Shown here: in pieces, positions 39,047 to 47,617 of the stretch
How positions within the stretch are numbered: position 1 is the first letter of the stretch
Layout of the letters: every line of letters begins with the position of its first letter
NCBI GenBank assembly: GCA_963772365.1
Contig: CAVYXA010000001.1
Coordinates: 1,440,001 to 1,504,000 of the forward strand
Direction: 5' to 3'
Source of the DNA: an uncultured Verrucomicrobiae bacterium
Lineage (GTDB): Bacteria > Verrucomicrobiota > Verrucomicrobiia > Chthoniobacterales > UBA10450
DNA: 64,000 bases
Translations under genes and position numbers: made by a program
Notes under the pieces: model-generated
What the model was told of the DNA's origin: nothing
The model's database searches: none
The model's input: the letters and a program-made list of their open reading frames with translations, nothing else

Positions 39047-39359
39047 GTGATCTCAACTGACGTCCGGCGTCCGCGCAATGTGGATTGGAAGCGCGCGGCG
39101 GCGATTCTCTACGGCGATTGGGGCACGAGCAAAGCCTAGGTGCCGGGCCTGGCGTTCGCGATTGCCGCCTACAGTTCGCGTACGCTGTCAGCCCGTCCGC
39201 CGCGGAAACAATTGCGATGTTGCTGCGACCTCGGCGCATCGCGAGTCATCCTCGGCGCGCCGCAACGCAATGCGCTGCTAAATCTTTTGCGCGGAAATGT
39301 ACTTCGGGAAGTCTCGAGCTCGCTTCCCGAAGAGATCGATCTCCTTGGTTTACGCTTAA
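39047..39359 (+). pseudogene. Internally deleted paralog of the APC-USP permease
   Basis: VISTDVRRPRNVDWKRAAAILYGDWGTSKA*VPGLAFAIAAYSS, then with frameshifts YAVSPSAAETIA / DLGASRVILGAPQRNALLNLLRGNVLREVSSSLPEEIDLL / VYA*; matches both ends of 32852-34750. Confidence 0.85.
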
Positions 39360-39416
39360 CTGGACCGGGTCGTGTCGATTTCAGCGTTCAGCGATCGACG
39401 TTGGGCGTTTTCTTCT

Positions 39417-40436
39417 CTATCCCCGCACCGCGCTGATCCCCTGTCGGGTGATTCGCTCGATCAACTGTGGATACGGCAATCCAGCTTTACCCGCGGAAAG
39501 CGCGAAGTCTTCGTCCTCGGCAAGATGAGGGTTGGGATTTGCTTCGATGAAGTAAATCTTCTTCTCCGGTGTGATCCGCAGATCGATTCGAGCGTAACCG
39601 TCAATGGTGAGCAGGCGATAAATCCGTTTGCAGGTTTCCTCGATCTCTTCAATCAGCGCCGGCTCGAGGCCGTCGGCGAACTGGTTCTCCAAGCCCCATC
39701 GTTTCCGATATTCGTCATCCCACTTCGCTTTGAACGTGGCGATCTTGGGTTCGTTCGGCGGCACTTCTCGAAATAGCATTTCTCGAATAGGAAACACAGC
39801 CAGCTTCACGTTACCCATGATGCTGACATAGAGTTCGCGGCCATCGATGTATTCTTCCGCGATTGCGGAGCTGCTGTGTTTCTCATGAATGAACGCAACG
39901 CGCTCCCGAAATTGTTCGTCGGCCTCGACGAACGACGCCTGCGAGATTCCATAGGATGCTTCTTCCTTAACGGGTTTTACCAGGACCGGGAACTTGAGCT
40001 GTTTGGGTCGACCGATCCGTTGCCCGCGTGGAATCACCACAAAATTCGGAACGTGGATATGATGATAATGCAGAATCTTCTTCGAAATGCCCTTGTGTTT
40101 GCAAAGCGTCAGGCCGGTCGAGCCGCACCCGGTAAACGGTAAGCCTTGCATCTCGAAAAACGAGACGATGTTCTGGTCGAACCCGGGATTGTTTCGGAAT
40201 TGCTCGACCAGATTAAAAAGAACGTCCGCCGAAAACGTCTCCATCTTTTGCCGGACAAGATCGACATCGTCATAAATGGCCAGATGCTCGGCGGTGTGAC
40301 CGAGCTTGCCCAGCGCATCCATCACGTTCGCCTCGGTTTTCCAGTCCGGCGTCTTCATTTCCTCGCTGAAATCCTGATCGACCTTCGTTGGACTGGTGCC
40401 GTCGAACAGAACCAGAACTTTCAGTTTCTTTTTCAT
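39417..40436 (-). CDS. ATP-grasp ligase, D-alanine--D-alanine ligase-like
   Basis: VLFNLVE, PFTGC, VKPVKEEASYGI, EEYIDGREL, YARIDLR, IEANPNP. Confidence 0.88.
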   Translation of the reverse strand: MKKKLKVLVLFDGTSPTKVDQDFSEEMKTPDWKTEANVMDALGKLGHTAEHLAIYDDVDLVRQKMETFSADVLFNLVEQFRNNPGFDQNIVSFFEMQGLPFTGCGSTGLTLCKHKGISKKILHYHHIHVPNFVVIPRGQRIGRPKQLKFPVLVKPVKEEASYGISQASFVEADEQFRERVAFIHEKHSSSAIAEEYIDGRELYVSIMGNVKLAVFPIREMLFREVPPNEPKIATFKAKWDDEYRKRWGLENQFADGLEPALIEEIEETCKRIYRLLTIDGYARIDLRITPEKKIYFIEANPNPHLAEDEDFALSAGKAGLPYPQLIERITRQGISAVRG

Positions 40437-40455
40437 GCTCTAAGCCACCACCTGA

Positions 40456-40537
40456 TGTCATTCCGAGCGAAGTCGAGGAATCCCGCAGCAGAACCCCATG
40501 TAATTCTGCGGGATGTCTCGACTTCGCTCGACATGAC
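40456..40537. repeat. Inverted pair of GTCAT-family repeats
   Basis: tgtcattccgagcgaagtcgaggaatcccgcag ... ctgcgggatgtctcgacttcgctcgacatgac. Confidence 0.8.
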
Positions 40538-40546
40538 CAATTGTCT

Positions 40547-41572
40547 TCACTTCGTGCGCTTAAACTTGCCGGTAAATAAGTAATTCATCACCAGCGTGGT
40601 GATGTAGGAGGCGGTCCGGAGGTCTTGCTGAGGATCGTCATTGAGCACTCGAAGACCGAGCTCATCCGTGCGGTCGATCAGTCGATTCAATAATTTGTTG
40701 ATCCGATATTTCTTTTCATTCGTCCACTGCGACACCGAATTCATGATCCGCCGTTTCCGCTGCCGCAGATACGAGCTGGCCTTGATTGCGGCGTCGCCAG
40801 CCGAAGCGGAAAACAGTTGGCGAAGATCGACATCGTAAAAGGCGGGATAAGCTTCCGCATAGAGTTTTCGCTTCCGCGCATAATAGGTCCGGAGCTTCAG
40901 GTTCAGGCAATTGTAATCGGCCGCGCGATATTTGGGCATGTGAACAGGCGCAGTGCCGGCGAGCGATCGCATCAATTCATCAACGCACTCGAGTTTCTGG
41001 AGAGCAATTTTCCAACGGGCATACTGCTTTCGCCAATCGAGCCCCGGTGTCAGCCAGACCGCGAACGTCTCGGCGAAATCTTCATCCGGATGGGCCTGAG
41101 CATACCAATCATCGAGATGGAGAACGTAACTTCGACTAAACGGGCGCGGCCGATAAAAACTCGGCGTTTCCTCATCGGAAGTTTGACCAAAACATTGTTG
41201 CCATTTTTTCCTGTGCTGAAGTTCGTAAGCGTAGCTGTAAGCGTGACCGGCCTCATGCCGCATCAATTTCATGAACCAGGCCGGCGTCTCGCCTTCAACT
41301 TCGAGCATCATCGAACGTTCCAGCGCACGGAGCCGATCGTGCACCAGAAAAAACGGAATAAAGATCGCCGGGATTCCGATCGGCACGAACCATTCATCAC
41401 CGATGTAACATGGCGGAAGAAACGTCAGACCTTTGGATGAAAGTTCATCGTAAAGTTGTTTAATCAACGGCTCGAGCGGCGTGCCTTCGAGTTTTAAACC
41501 GAGCGTGGAAATTCGGCGCTCGAGCAATTGCTCGTCAGTAAGTGATGGCCAATTTTCGGTCGCCGCTTCCAT
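40547..41572 (-). CDS. Putative zinc-binding metallopeptidase (Peptidase_Mx-like)
   Basis: RHEAGH (HExxH), YAQAHPDEDFAETFAVWL. Confidence 0.85.
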   Translation of the reverse strand: MEAATENWPSLTDEQLLERRISTLGLKLEGTPLEPLIKQLYDELSSKGLTFLPPCYIGDEWFVPIGIPAIFIPFFLVHDRLRALERSMMLEVEGETPAWFMKLMRHEAGHAYSYAYELQHRKKWQQCFGQTSDEETPSFYRPRPFSRSYVLHLDDWYAQAHPDEDFAETFAVWLTPGLDWRKQYARWKIALQKLECVDELMRSLAGTAPVHMPKYRAADYNCLNLKLRTYYARKRKLYAEAYPAFYDVDLRQLFSASAGDAAIKASSYLRQRKRRIMNSVSQWTNEKKYRINKLLNRLIDRTDELGLRVLNDDPQQDLRTASYITTLVMNYLFTGKFKRTK

Positions 41573-41622
41573 TGCGGAAAAGAATCATCTATTTACGAAG
41601 TCAGGAAAGAAGGAAAATTGGA

Positions 41623-41644
41623 TTGTATGCTGACTGGCATACAA
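41623..41644. promoter_or_regulatory. Palindrome, possible operator upstream of hicB
   Basis: ttgtatgc-tgactg-gcatacaa. Confidence 0.4.
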
Positions 41645-41673
41645 GGTGATACTCTGTCGTATTTTTTCAGACA

Positions 41674-41844
41674 ATGAAGTTTCCGACGATTATCTACAAA
41701 GCTGAAGACAAAGCGTGGATTGTGGAGTGTCCCGCCATTCCGGGCTGTATTAGCCAGGGCCCGACGCGTGAAGCGGCAATGGCAAACATTAAGGAAGCCA
41801 TCGCGGCTTGTCTCGAAGTCCGCGCCGAGCACGGGATGTCATGA
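41674..41844 (+). CDS. HicB-family antitoxin (short, no adjacent HicA)
   Basis: Below ORF-track cutoff: MKFPTIIYKAEDKAWIVECPAIPGCISQGPTREAAMANIKEAIAACLEVRAEHGMS; P..PGC.SQG.T...A..NI.EAI motif. Confidence 0.85.
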   Translation: MKFPTIIYKAEDKAWIVECPAIPGCISQGPTREAAMANIKEAIAACLEVRAEHGMS

Positions 41845-42014
41845 GCTTGTCCGAAATCAAAACTGCGGTGCGCGATCTCTCGCCAAAGGAACTGGCGGAG
41901 CTTTCGGCATTTATCGCCAAGCAGGACAACGCGGCGTGGGACAAGCAGATGGACGACGACGCGCAAAGCGGCAAGCTAGATTTCCTTTTTGAAGAAACCG
42001 AACGCGAGTTGTAG
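41841..42014 (+). CDS. Small antitoxin-like hypothetical protein; stop codon supplied by a REP
   Basis: MSLSEIKTAVRDLSPKELAEL...WDKQMDDDAQSGKLDFL; ATGA overlap with hicB. Confidence 0.65.
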   Translation: MSLSEIKTAVRDLSPKELAELSAFIAKQDNAAWDKQMDDDAQSGKLDFLFEETEREL

Positions 42015-42071
42015 GGCAGGCGCTCCGCCTGCCGATCTGAAGAAATGGCAACCGATGCGGTTGCCCTACAA
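42009..42071. repeat. GTAG-type REP doublet
   Basis: ttgtagggcaggcgctccgcctgcc...ggcaaccgatgcggttgccctacaa. Confidence 0.8.
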
Positions 42072-42418
42072 TTTCTGTAGCGACGGTTTATGACCGTCTA
42101 GTCGTTAGTTTCAATGTTCACCTCTCAACTCTCAACCATCAACAGGTTCTATTTGTTGTCGGCCCGGCGAGCCTCCGCCATCCAACCTCTCAAAGCGTTG
42201 CGACACGAGTAGGCCCTGGAACATACCCGGGGATTGCATCATATCACGACTCCGAACACTTTTGATTCGTTCCCTCCCGCTCACTCACCCTTGCCTTTCG
42301 GGTTGTGATCTATGTCGCGGCATTCCCGCTTCGCTCCATTCGCGACGCCGAATTCGCGCGTGAGCGGTTTCGGGTCAAAGAATGAATTGTGAAGAAACAA
42401 GGATTGCAATCCGGGCGC

Positions 42419-42452
42419 TTGAACTGCTCGCTATATCGTCGTAATATCGACG
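42419..42452 (+). promoter_or_regulatory. Sigma-70 promoter with overlapping palindromic operator (leaderless TA transcript)
   Basis: TTGAAC-17nt-TAATAT-6nt-ATG; palindrome cgtcg-taatat-cgacg spans the -10. Confidence 0.65.
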
Positions 42453-42453
42453 C

Positions 42454-42732
42454 ATGAAGACGCTTTCTCCTACGCAGGCACGGAGCAATCTTTCCGCATT
42501 GCTCAAGAGAGCCGCCAATGGCGAAGACATCGGAATCCTCCATGGCGATCACGTCATCGCGCTCCGACCGGTCACGGTTCACTCGGATGATTACGCTCTT
42601 CAAGAATACGGAGTAACCGAGAAGGAGCTCGACCGGTTTGTGAAGGGGATGAACCGAAGGATCACTCAAGAGCGTAAAAAGGGGACGATCAAGAAGTACA
42701 GCGGCAATCTCGAGGCCGATCTTGCAGATTGA
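42454..42732 (+). CDS. Phd/YefM-like antitoxin
   Basis: MKTLSPTQARSNLSALLKRAANGEDIGI N-terminal motif. Confidence 0.78.
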   Translation: MKTLSPTQARSNLSALLKRAANGEDIGILHGDHVIALRPVTVHSDDYALQEYGVTEKELDRFVKGMNRRITQERKKGTIKKYSGNLEADLAD

Positions 42733-42997
42733 GCTTTTAAAGGCGTTTCGGGCGCGAGTACGCGAGATGCCGAAGGCGCGCCGCCGGGAAATTGCTCGCG
42801 TAATCGACGCGACGCATGTCGGTTTTGGCAAACCTCATTTGCACTCGGGCCTAGGTATTCGGCGACTGCGACAAAATTACTTTGAGTGCCGAGTTGGATT
42901 GGACATTCGATTGGCGTTTCGCGTGGAGGGCGATCGGCTGATTTTCGTTGCGGCCGGCAATCACAATGAGATTCGCAAGCTAATAAAGACTCTGTGA
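42722..42997 (+). CDS. RelE/ParE-superfamily toxin
   Basis: Basic 91-aa protein overlapping the antitoxin; GIRRL...FECRVGLDIRLAF...GNHNEI. Confidence 0.75.
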   Translation: MQIELLKAFRARVREMPKARRREIARVIDATHVGFGKPHLHSGLGIRRLRQNYFECRVGLDIRLAFRVEGDRLIFVAAGNHNEIRKLIKTL

Positions 42998-43049
42998 ACC
43001 CGAAGACCGCCGTTGACAGTTGTCCAGAATAGCAGTTGAGAGTTAGCCG

Positions 43050-44396
43050 GTGAGCCGGGTTTTGATTGCGGATGATCAGCGCGATGTGCTGGAGGCGCTG
43101 AGGATTTTGCTCAAGGGCGCCGGGCATCAGACGGAATCCGTCCCGTCGATCAGCGGAATTTTCAATGCGCTTCAGCAACGCGATTACGCGCTGTTGATGA
43201 TGGACCTCAATTACACGCGCGACACGACTTCGGGCCAGGAAGGGTTGGAAGTGATTCCGAAAATCCAGGCGCTCGACAGCACGTTGCCGATCGTGGTGAT
43301 GACGGCATGGGCGACTATCGATCTCGCGGTCGAGGCGATGAAGCTCGGCGCGCGCGATTTCGTTACCAAACCGTGGGATAACGAGCGGTTGCTCACCATC
43401 GTTCGGACCCAGATCGAGCTGGGCAGCGCTTTGCGAAAAGGACGCAAGCTCGAGGCCACAAACAAATTGTTGGGCGGCAACATTCCGAACTTAATCGCGG
43501 AAGCGCCGTTGATGCGACCGGTAATCGAGATGGTCCAGCGCGTCGCGCCGTCGGACGCGAATGTGCTGATCACGGGCGAGAACGGCACGGGCAAAAGTTT
43601 AATTGCACAAGCGATGCACGCGCTCTCACCGCGCGCGTCGCATAGCATGATTACAGTGAACATGGGTGGTCTGTCGGAGACACTCTTTGAGAGCGAATTG
43701 TTCGGTCATGTGAAAGGCGCGTTTACCGACGCGAAGAGCGATCGCGCGGGACGGTTTGAGCTGGCGGACGAAAGCTCTCTTTTCATGGACGAAATCGCGA
43801 ACATCCCACTGAATCAACAGGCAAAACTGTTGCGCGTGATCGAGACGGGCGAATTCGAGCGCGTCGGTTCATCGAAAACATTGCACGCCAATGTGCGGAT
43901 CATTTCGGCCACAAACGCAAATCTGGCGGACGAAGTCGCGGCCGGACGTTTTCGTCAGGACCTGCTTTTTCGTTTGAACACGATCGAGGTCGCGCTCCCG
44001 CCATTGCGCGATCGCCGCGAAGACATCATGCCGCTGGCGAATAATTTTTTGCGGATGCATGCACAGCGTTATCGAAAGGGGCTCTCTGGATTCGATGAGA
44101 TCGCACGGGATCGATTAATGCAGCATTCGTATCCCGGAAACGTGCGCGAGCTCGATCACGTGATTGAACGCTCCGTGTTGATGGCGCGCGGTCCGCAAAT
44201 CAAAGCATCCGATCTTGGCCTCACCAGCAGAGGCGGCGAATCGAAAAGTCTGGAAGAAATGAGCCTCGAAGAAGTGGAAGCGTTCCTGATCAAAAAAGCG
44301 CTTGCCCGAAACAACGGAAATGCGCGGAAAGCCGCCGAATCGCTCGGTCTGAGCCGAAGCGCGTTTTATCGCCGGCTGCAGCAATACGGTCTCTGA
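43050..44396 (+). CDS. Sigma-54-dependent response regulator (REC-AAA+-Fis HTH)
   Basis: GENGTGKS, ESELFGHVKGAFTDA, LFMDEI, FRQDLLFRL, PGNVREL, AAESLGLSRSAFYRRL. Confidence 0.95.
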   Translation: MSRVLIADDQRDVLEALRILLKGAGHQTESVPSISGIFNALQQRDYALLMMDLNYTRDTTSGQEGLEVIPKIQALDSTLPIVVMTAWATIDLAVEAMKLGARDFVTKPWDNERLLTIVRTQIELGSALRKGRKLEATNKLLGGNIPNLIAEAPLMRPVIEMVQRVAPSDANVLITGENGTGKSLIAQAMHALSPRASHSMITVNMGGLSETLFESELFGHVKGAFTDAKSDRAGRFELADESSLFMDEIANIPLNQQAKLLRVIETGEFERVGSSKTLHANVRIISATNANLADEVAAGRFRQDLLFRLNTIEVALPPLRDRREDIMPLANNFLRMHAQRYRKGLSGFDEIARDRLMQHSYPGNVRELDHVIERSVLMARGPQIKASDLGLTSRGGESKSLEEMSLEEVEAFLIKKALARNNGNARKAAESLGLSRSAFYRRLQQYGL

Positions 44397-45731
44397 TGCC
44401 GCGCAAACCAAAAAATCGCTACCGCTTCTCGCATCAGGGCAAATTAACATGGCTGATCTTCGGGCGCAGCGATGCCGGCCGTGATCATTGCGATGTCGAT
44501 CCTATGGTTCGGCAACTTCACCTCCAAAGTGCAATGGACGCTGACCATTTTGATTTTCGCGTCCGCTGCCGGATTCATCTCCGCCGCCCGCGATAATGTC
44601 GTTCATCCGCTGCGGACGATGAGCAATCTGCTGGCGGCCTTGCGCGAAGGCGATTATTCGATTCGCGCCCGGGGCGCGCGAGCGGATGACGCGCTCGGCG
44701 AGGTGCTGCTCGAAATCAATACGTTAGGCGAAACCTTGCGGGTGCAACGTCTCGGCGCGTTTGAAGCGACGGCGCTTTTGCGCACGATCATGGCGGAGAT
44801 CGACGTGGCCGTATTTACCTTCGATCCGGACCGGCGTTTGCGGCTGGTGAATCGAGCCGGTGAAGACCTTCTCGCTCAAACAATCGATAAACTTCTGGGA
44901 AAAACCGCAAAGGATCTCGGGCTCGAAGCTTGTTACGACGCCGATCAAGATGAGCCGCTGACTTTATCATTTCCGGGCGGCTCCGGACGTTGGGGCGTGC
45001 GTCGCAGCACATTTCGCGAACATGGATTGCCGCATGAGCTGATTGTTCTAACGGATTTGAGCCGCACCCTGCGTGAAGAGGAGCGCCGCGCCTGGCAACG
45101 CCTTGTCCGCGTACTCGGCCACGAAATGAATAATTCACTCGCGCCGATTAAATCGCTGGCCGGCAGTCTGGAAACGCTTTTGCGCCGCGAGCCCATGCCA
45201 CACGATTGGAAAGACGATGCCGAGAGCGGATTGAAATCAATCGGCTCGCGCGCGGATTCACTAAGCCGATTCATGCAGGCTTATACCCAGCTGACGAAAC
45301 TGCCACCGCCGCAAAAGGAAGATGTCGATCTCACGGAGCTGGTGGAGCGGGTCGTTAATCTCGAACCGCGACTCAAGGTGCAAATCGTTCCGGGACCGCG
45401 GCTGCGGATCCAGGCGGACCGCGCCCAAATCGAGCAGGTTCTTATCAACCTGGTCCACAACGCCGTCGATGCCGCACTCGAAACGAAAGGCGCGGTGGCA
45501 ATTCGCTGGCGCGAGGCCGGGGACTGCACTGAAGTGATCGTTCATGACGAAGGCGAAGGAATCATGAATCCGGCGAATTTGTTTGTGCCGTTCTTCACCA
45601 CCAAGCCCGGTGGATCAGGAATTGGACTCACGCTCAGCCAGCAAATTGCGGAAGCGCACGATGGAGCGCTGACGCTAACGAATCGCAAAGATCGCACCGG
45701 TGCGGAAGCGGTGCTGCGTTTGCCGCGCTAG
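44396..45731 (+). CDS. Membrane sensor histidine kinase (TM-HAMP-PAS-kinase); frameshift near 44463
   Basis: LGHEMNNSLAPI, NLVHNAVDA, FVPFFTTKPGGSGIGL; removing one G joins ORF 44396 to ORF 44472. Confidence 0.88.
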
Positions 45732-45823
45732 TTGTTACCTCGAGATCTTCTGAGGACGAAACATACCTCGCGTGTCATGTTCGACGCCTCGCCGACTAAT
45801 CCTTCCAGGGCGGCGACTATTTA

Positions 45824-46172
45824 TCAGTCAGCCAGACGTACATCGACGACGATGACGGTTTTAACCGCATCATCTTTTGCCGACCACTTTTGAGAACTGC
45901 TTCGAGGAGATCGATGTTGAGAAGACCTTGGAGGCTCCACCAGCGCCTATCTGTCCTCCAAGCGTTTTTTGAAATTCTTCCGGCGTGAGCCAGTGCGACG
46001 GATCTTTATCGTTCAGACGCCGCGCCATCGTGGCCTGATATGCAGCGTCCGCGCGATGCCGTAAATGAAAAAGGAACGCGGTCAATTCATTTTGTTCCCC
46101 CGGCGAGAGCGTCGCCAGTGATGCTCTGGTCGCCGCGCTCGAGACGGTGAAGCGTCGAGGGCGGCAGCCCAC
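45824..46172 (-). pseudogene. Decayed toxin-antitoxin-like gene pair
   Basis: Fragment LATLSPGEQNELTAFLFHL...WLTPEEF (addiction-module-like), then a remnant ending DDAVKTVIVVDVRLAD*. Confidence 0.45.
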
Positions 46173-46381
46173 TCGGTGCGAAGATTCGGCAACATTTCAC
46201 CTCGGCATTTCCGGAGAAAGCTAGGTTGCAACATAGACTCGCTAGGTGTGGAAATATGGGGCTTTCAAAGAACTTTCGGAACTCCGCTTTCGATTTCCCG
46301 GACAAGTTTGTGAGGGCCTCCGATGTTTCGATCACCAAATCGAACGTGGGCACCGGGCTGCCGTGAGGGGGCGTCGCCCTC

Positions 46382-46416
46382 CAGAGATCAGAAGACAGAA
46401 GTCAGAGGTCAGAGGG
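46382..46416 (+). repeat. Heptamer tandem array
   Basis: cagagat cagaaga cagaagt cagaggt cagaggg. Confidence 0.7.
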
Positions 46417-46471
46417 TCACACGCGCGAGTGTTCTTGCGTGCTCAAACCGGCAGCGGTATCATCGGTAGAA

Positions 46472-46699
46472 ATGAGCACGCTAACGAAAAACTTGATTGA
46501 AGAAATCAAGGCGGCGCCCGAAACAGTGCAGCGCGAAGTTTTTGATTTTCTTGTTTTCCTGAAAGCTCGGGAGTCCGCGCAACCAGGAGGACAGAAGGAT
46601 CGCCTCGCTCAGGCTGCCGAGGCTCTTCTCGCTGATTACACCTCCGATCCGGAATTGACCGCATTCACAGGCCTGGATGACGAGCCATTTCATGCATAG
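46472..46699 (+). CDS. Antitoxin (DUF2281-like N-terminus)
   Basis: PETVQREVFDFLVFLK and AAEALLADY..DPELTAF; preceded by TTGCGT-17nt-TATCAT. Confidence 0.72.
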   Translation: MSTLTKNLIEEIKAAPETVQREVFDFLVFLKARESAQPGGQKDRLAQAAEALLADYTSDPELTAFTGLDDEPFHA

Positions 46700-47036
46700 A
46701 GGCGAGATTTGGCTGATCAACCTCGATCCCACAGTCGGCGCAGAAATCCGAAAAACCCGTCCTGCCGTTATCATCAACGATGATGCCGTCGGAATTCTAC
46801 CGCTCAAGGTGGTTGTGCCGATTACGGAATGGAAGGACCGTTATCGAGTCGCGCCTTGGATGGCAAGACTTGAGCCCAATCCGACAAACGGCCTGAAGAA
46901 ATCTTCTGCCGCCGATGCATTTCAAGTTCGCTCCGTGGCACAACAGCGTTTCGCTCAACGGATCGGAACGGTGTCAGAGAATCAACTTCGTCAAATCACG
47001 ACAGCCTTGGCCGTCGTATTGAAGATCCATCCCTAA
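46692..47036 (+). CDS. mazF: PemK/MazF-family toxin
   Basis: RGEIWLINLDPTVGAEIRKTRPAVII, VVPIT, NGLKKSS...QVRSV. Confidence 0.92.
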   Translation: MHRGEIWLINLDPTVGAEIRKTRPAVIINDDAVGILPLKVVVPITEWKDRYRVAPWMARLEPNPTNGLKKSSAADAFQVRSVAQQRFAQRIGTVSENQLRQITTALAVVLKIHP

Positions 47037-47043
47037 GCACAAG

Positions 47044-47207
47044 ACGAACGGCAAGAGTGCGGTAAACGCCAGCCTGTTCCAAAGGAATCGCGCATCGGCC
47101 AATCGGTGAATGCGACAAACTTCAAATCCGATGCGAATGCCAACAGGCCAATCACCGCCTCCGATATGTCGATCATCAAATCGCACATCGGCATGGGCTC
47201 GCCGTGA
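47044..47207 (+). pseudogene. Orphan dockerin-like C-terminal fragment
   Basis: TNGKSAVNAS, frameshift, then SRIGQSVNATNFKSDANANRPITASDMSIIKSHIGMGSP*; resembles two tandem dockerin Ca-loop repeats; no start codon. Confidence 0.55.
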
Positions 47208-47406
47208 ACTGAGAATCTGTACTTGGCACGCAGGAGCCGGTGCTGCGCTTACCGCAGTAGAGAAGCGGCGAGTCAGTCCGAGCCGGACTGGCATCTGTGA
47301 CGAGCGACGAGAATTGCAGCAGCATCTATTGCTGTGGCGGGTTTCAGAACTCTTTGAAGACATTCCTGGGTTGCTGTTTTCCTGATTAAAAATTGACTAC
47401 GCGGTT

Positions 47407-47537
47407 GTCCCGAATTCGGGACTGGGTTGTCCCAAAAGCGGAGCACTTCGCGCTTCGCCGAAAAAGGATCGACAACTTTTATCGGCTGATCGTCAGCAAC
47501 TTAGAACCGGTCGGGAGCGCGTGGCATGCGCGTTGCA
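47407..47537 (+). promoter_or_regulatory. Sigma-54 promoter with tandem enhancer sites and an IHF-like site
   Basis: TGGCAT-gcgcg-TTGCA at 47522-47537; perfect palindrome gtcccgaattcgggac (47407-47422); degenerate copy 22 bp downstream (47429-47444); cgtcagcaactta at 47491-47503. Confidence 0.8.
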
Positions 47538-47617
47538 ACAGGGAGAATCCGAAATGAAAAAACTTTTGAATCCATTACGAGGCCGAAGCGCTTCTAACTA
47601 AGGACGAGAGGGAAATT

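Noticed and set aside
39417..40436. Calling the ATP-grasp gene ddl or a van resistance ligase
   Set aside because: Lacks Ddl-specific motifs and has no cell-wall or van gene context.
14845..42071. Repeats as a CRISPR array
   Set aside because: They are dispersed inverted pairs, not regularly spaced direct repeats, and there are no cas genes.
41600..47050. TA patches as integron cassettes
   Set aside because: No convincing attC sites (RYYYAAC...GTTRRRY) and no integrase seen.
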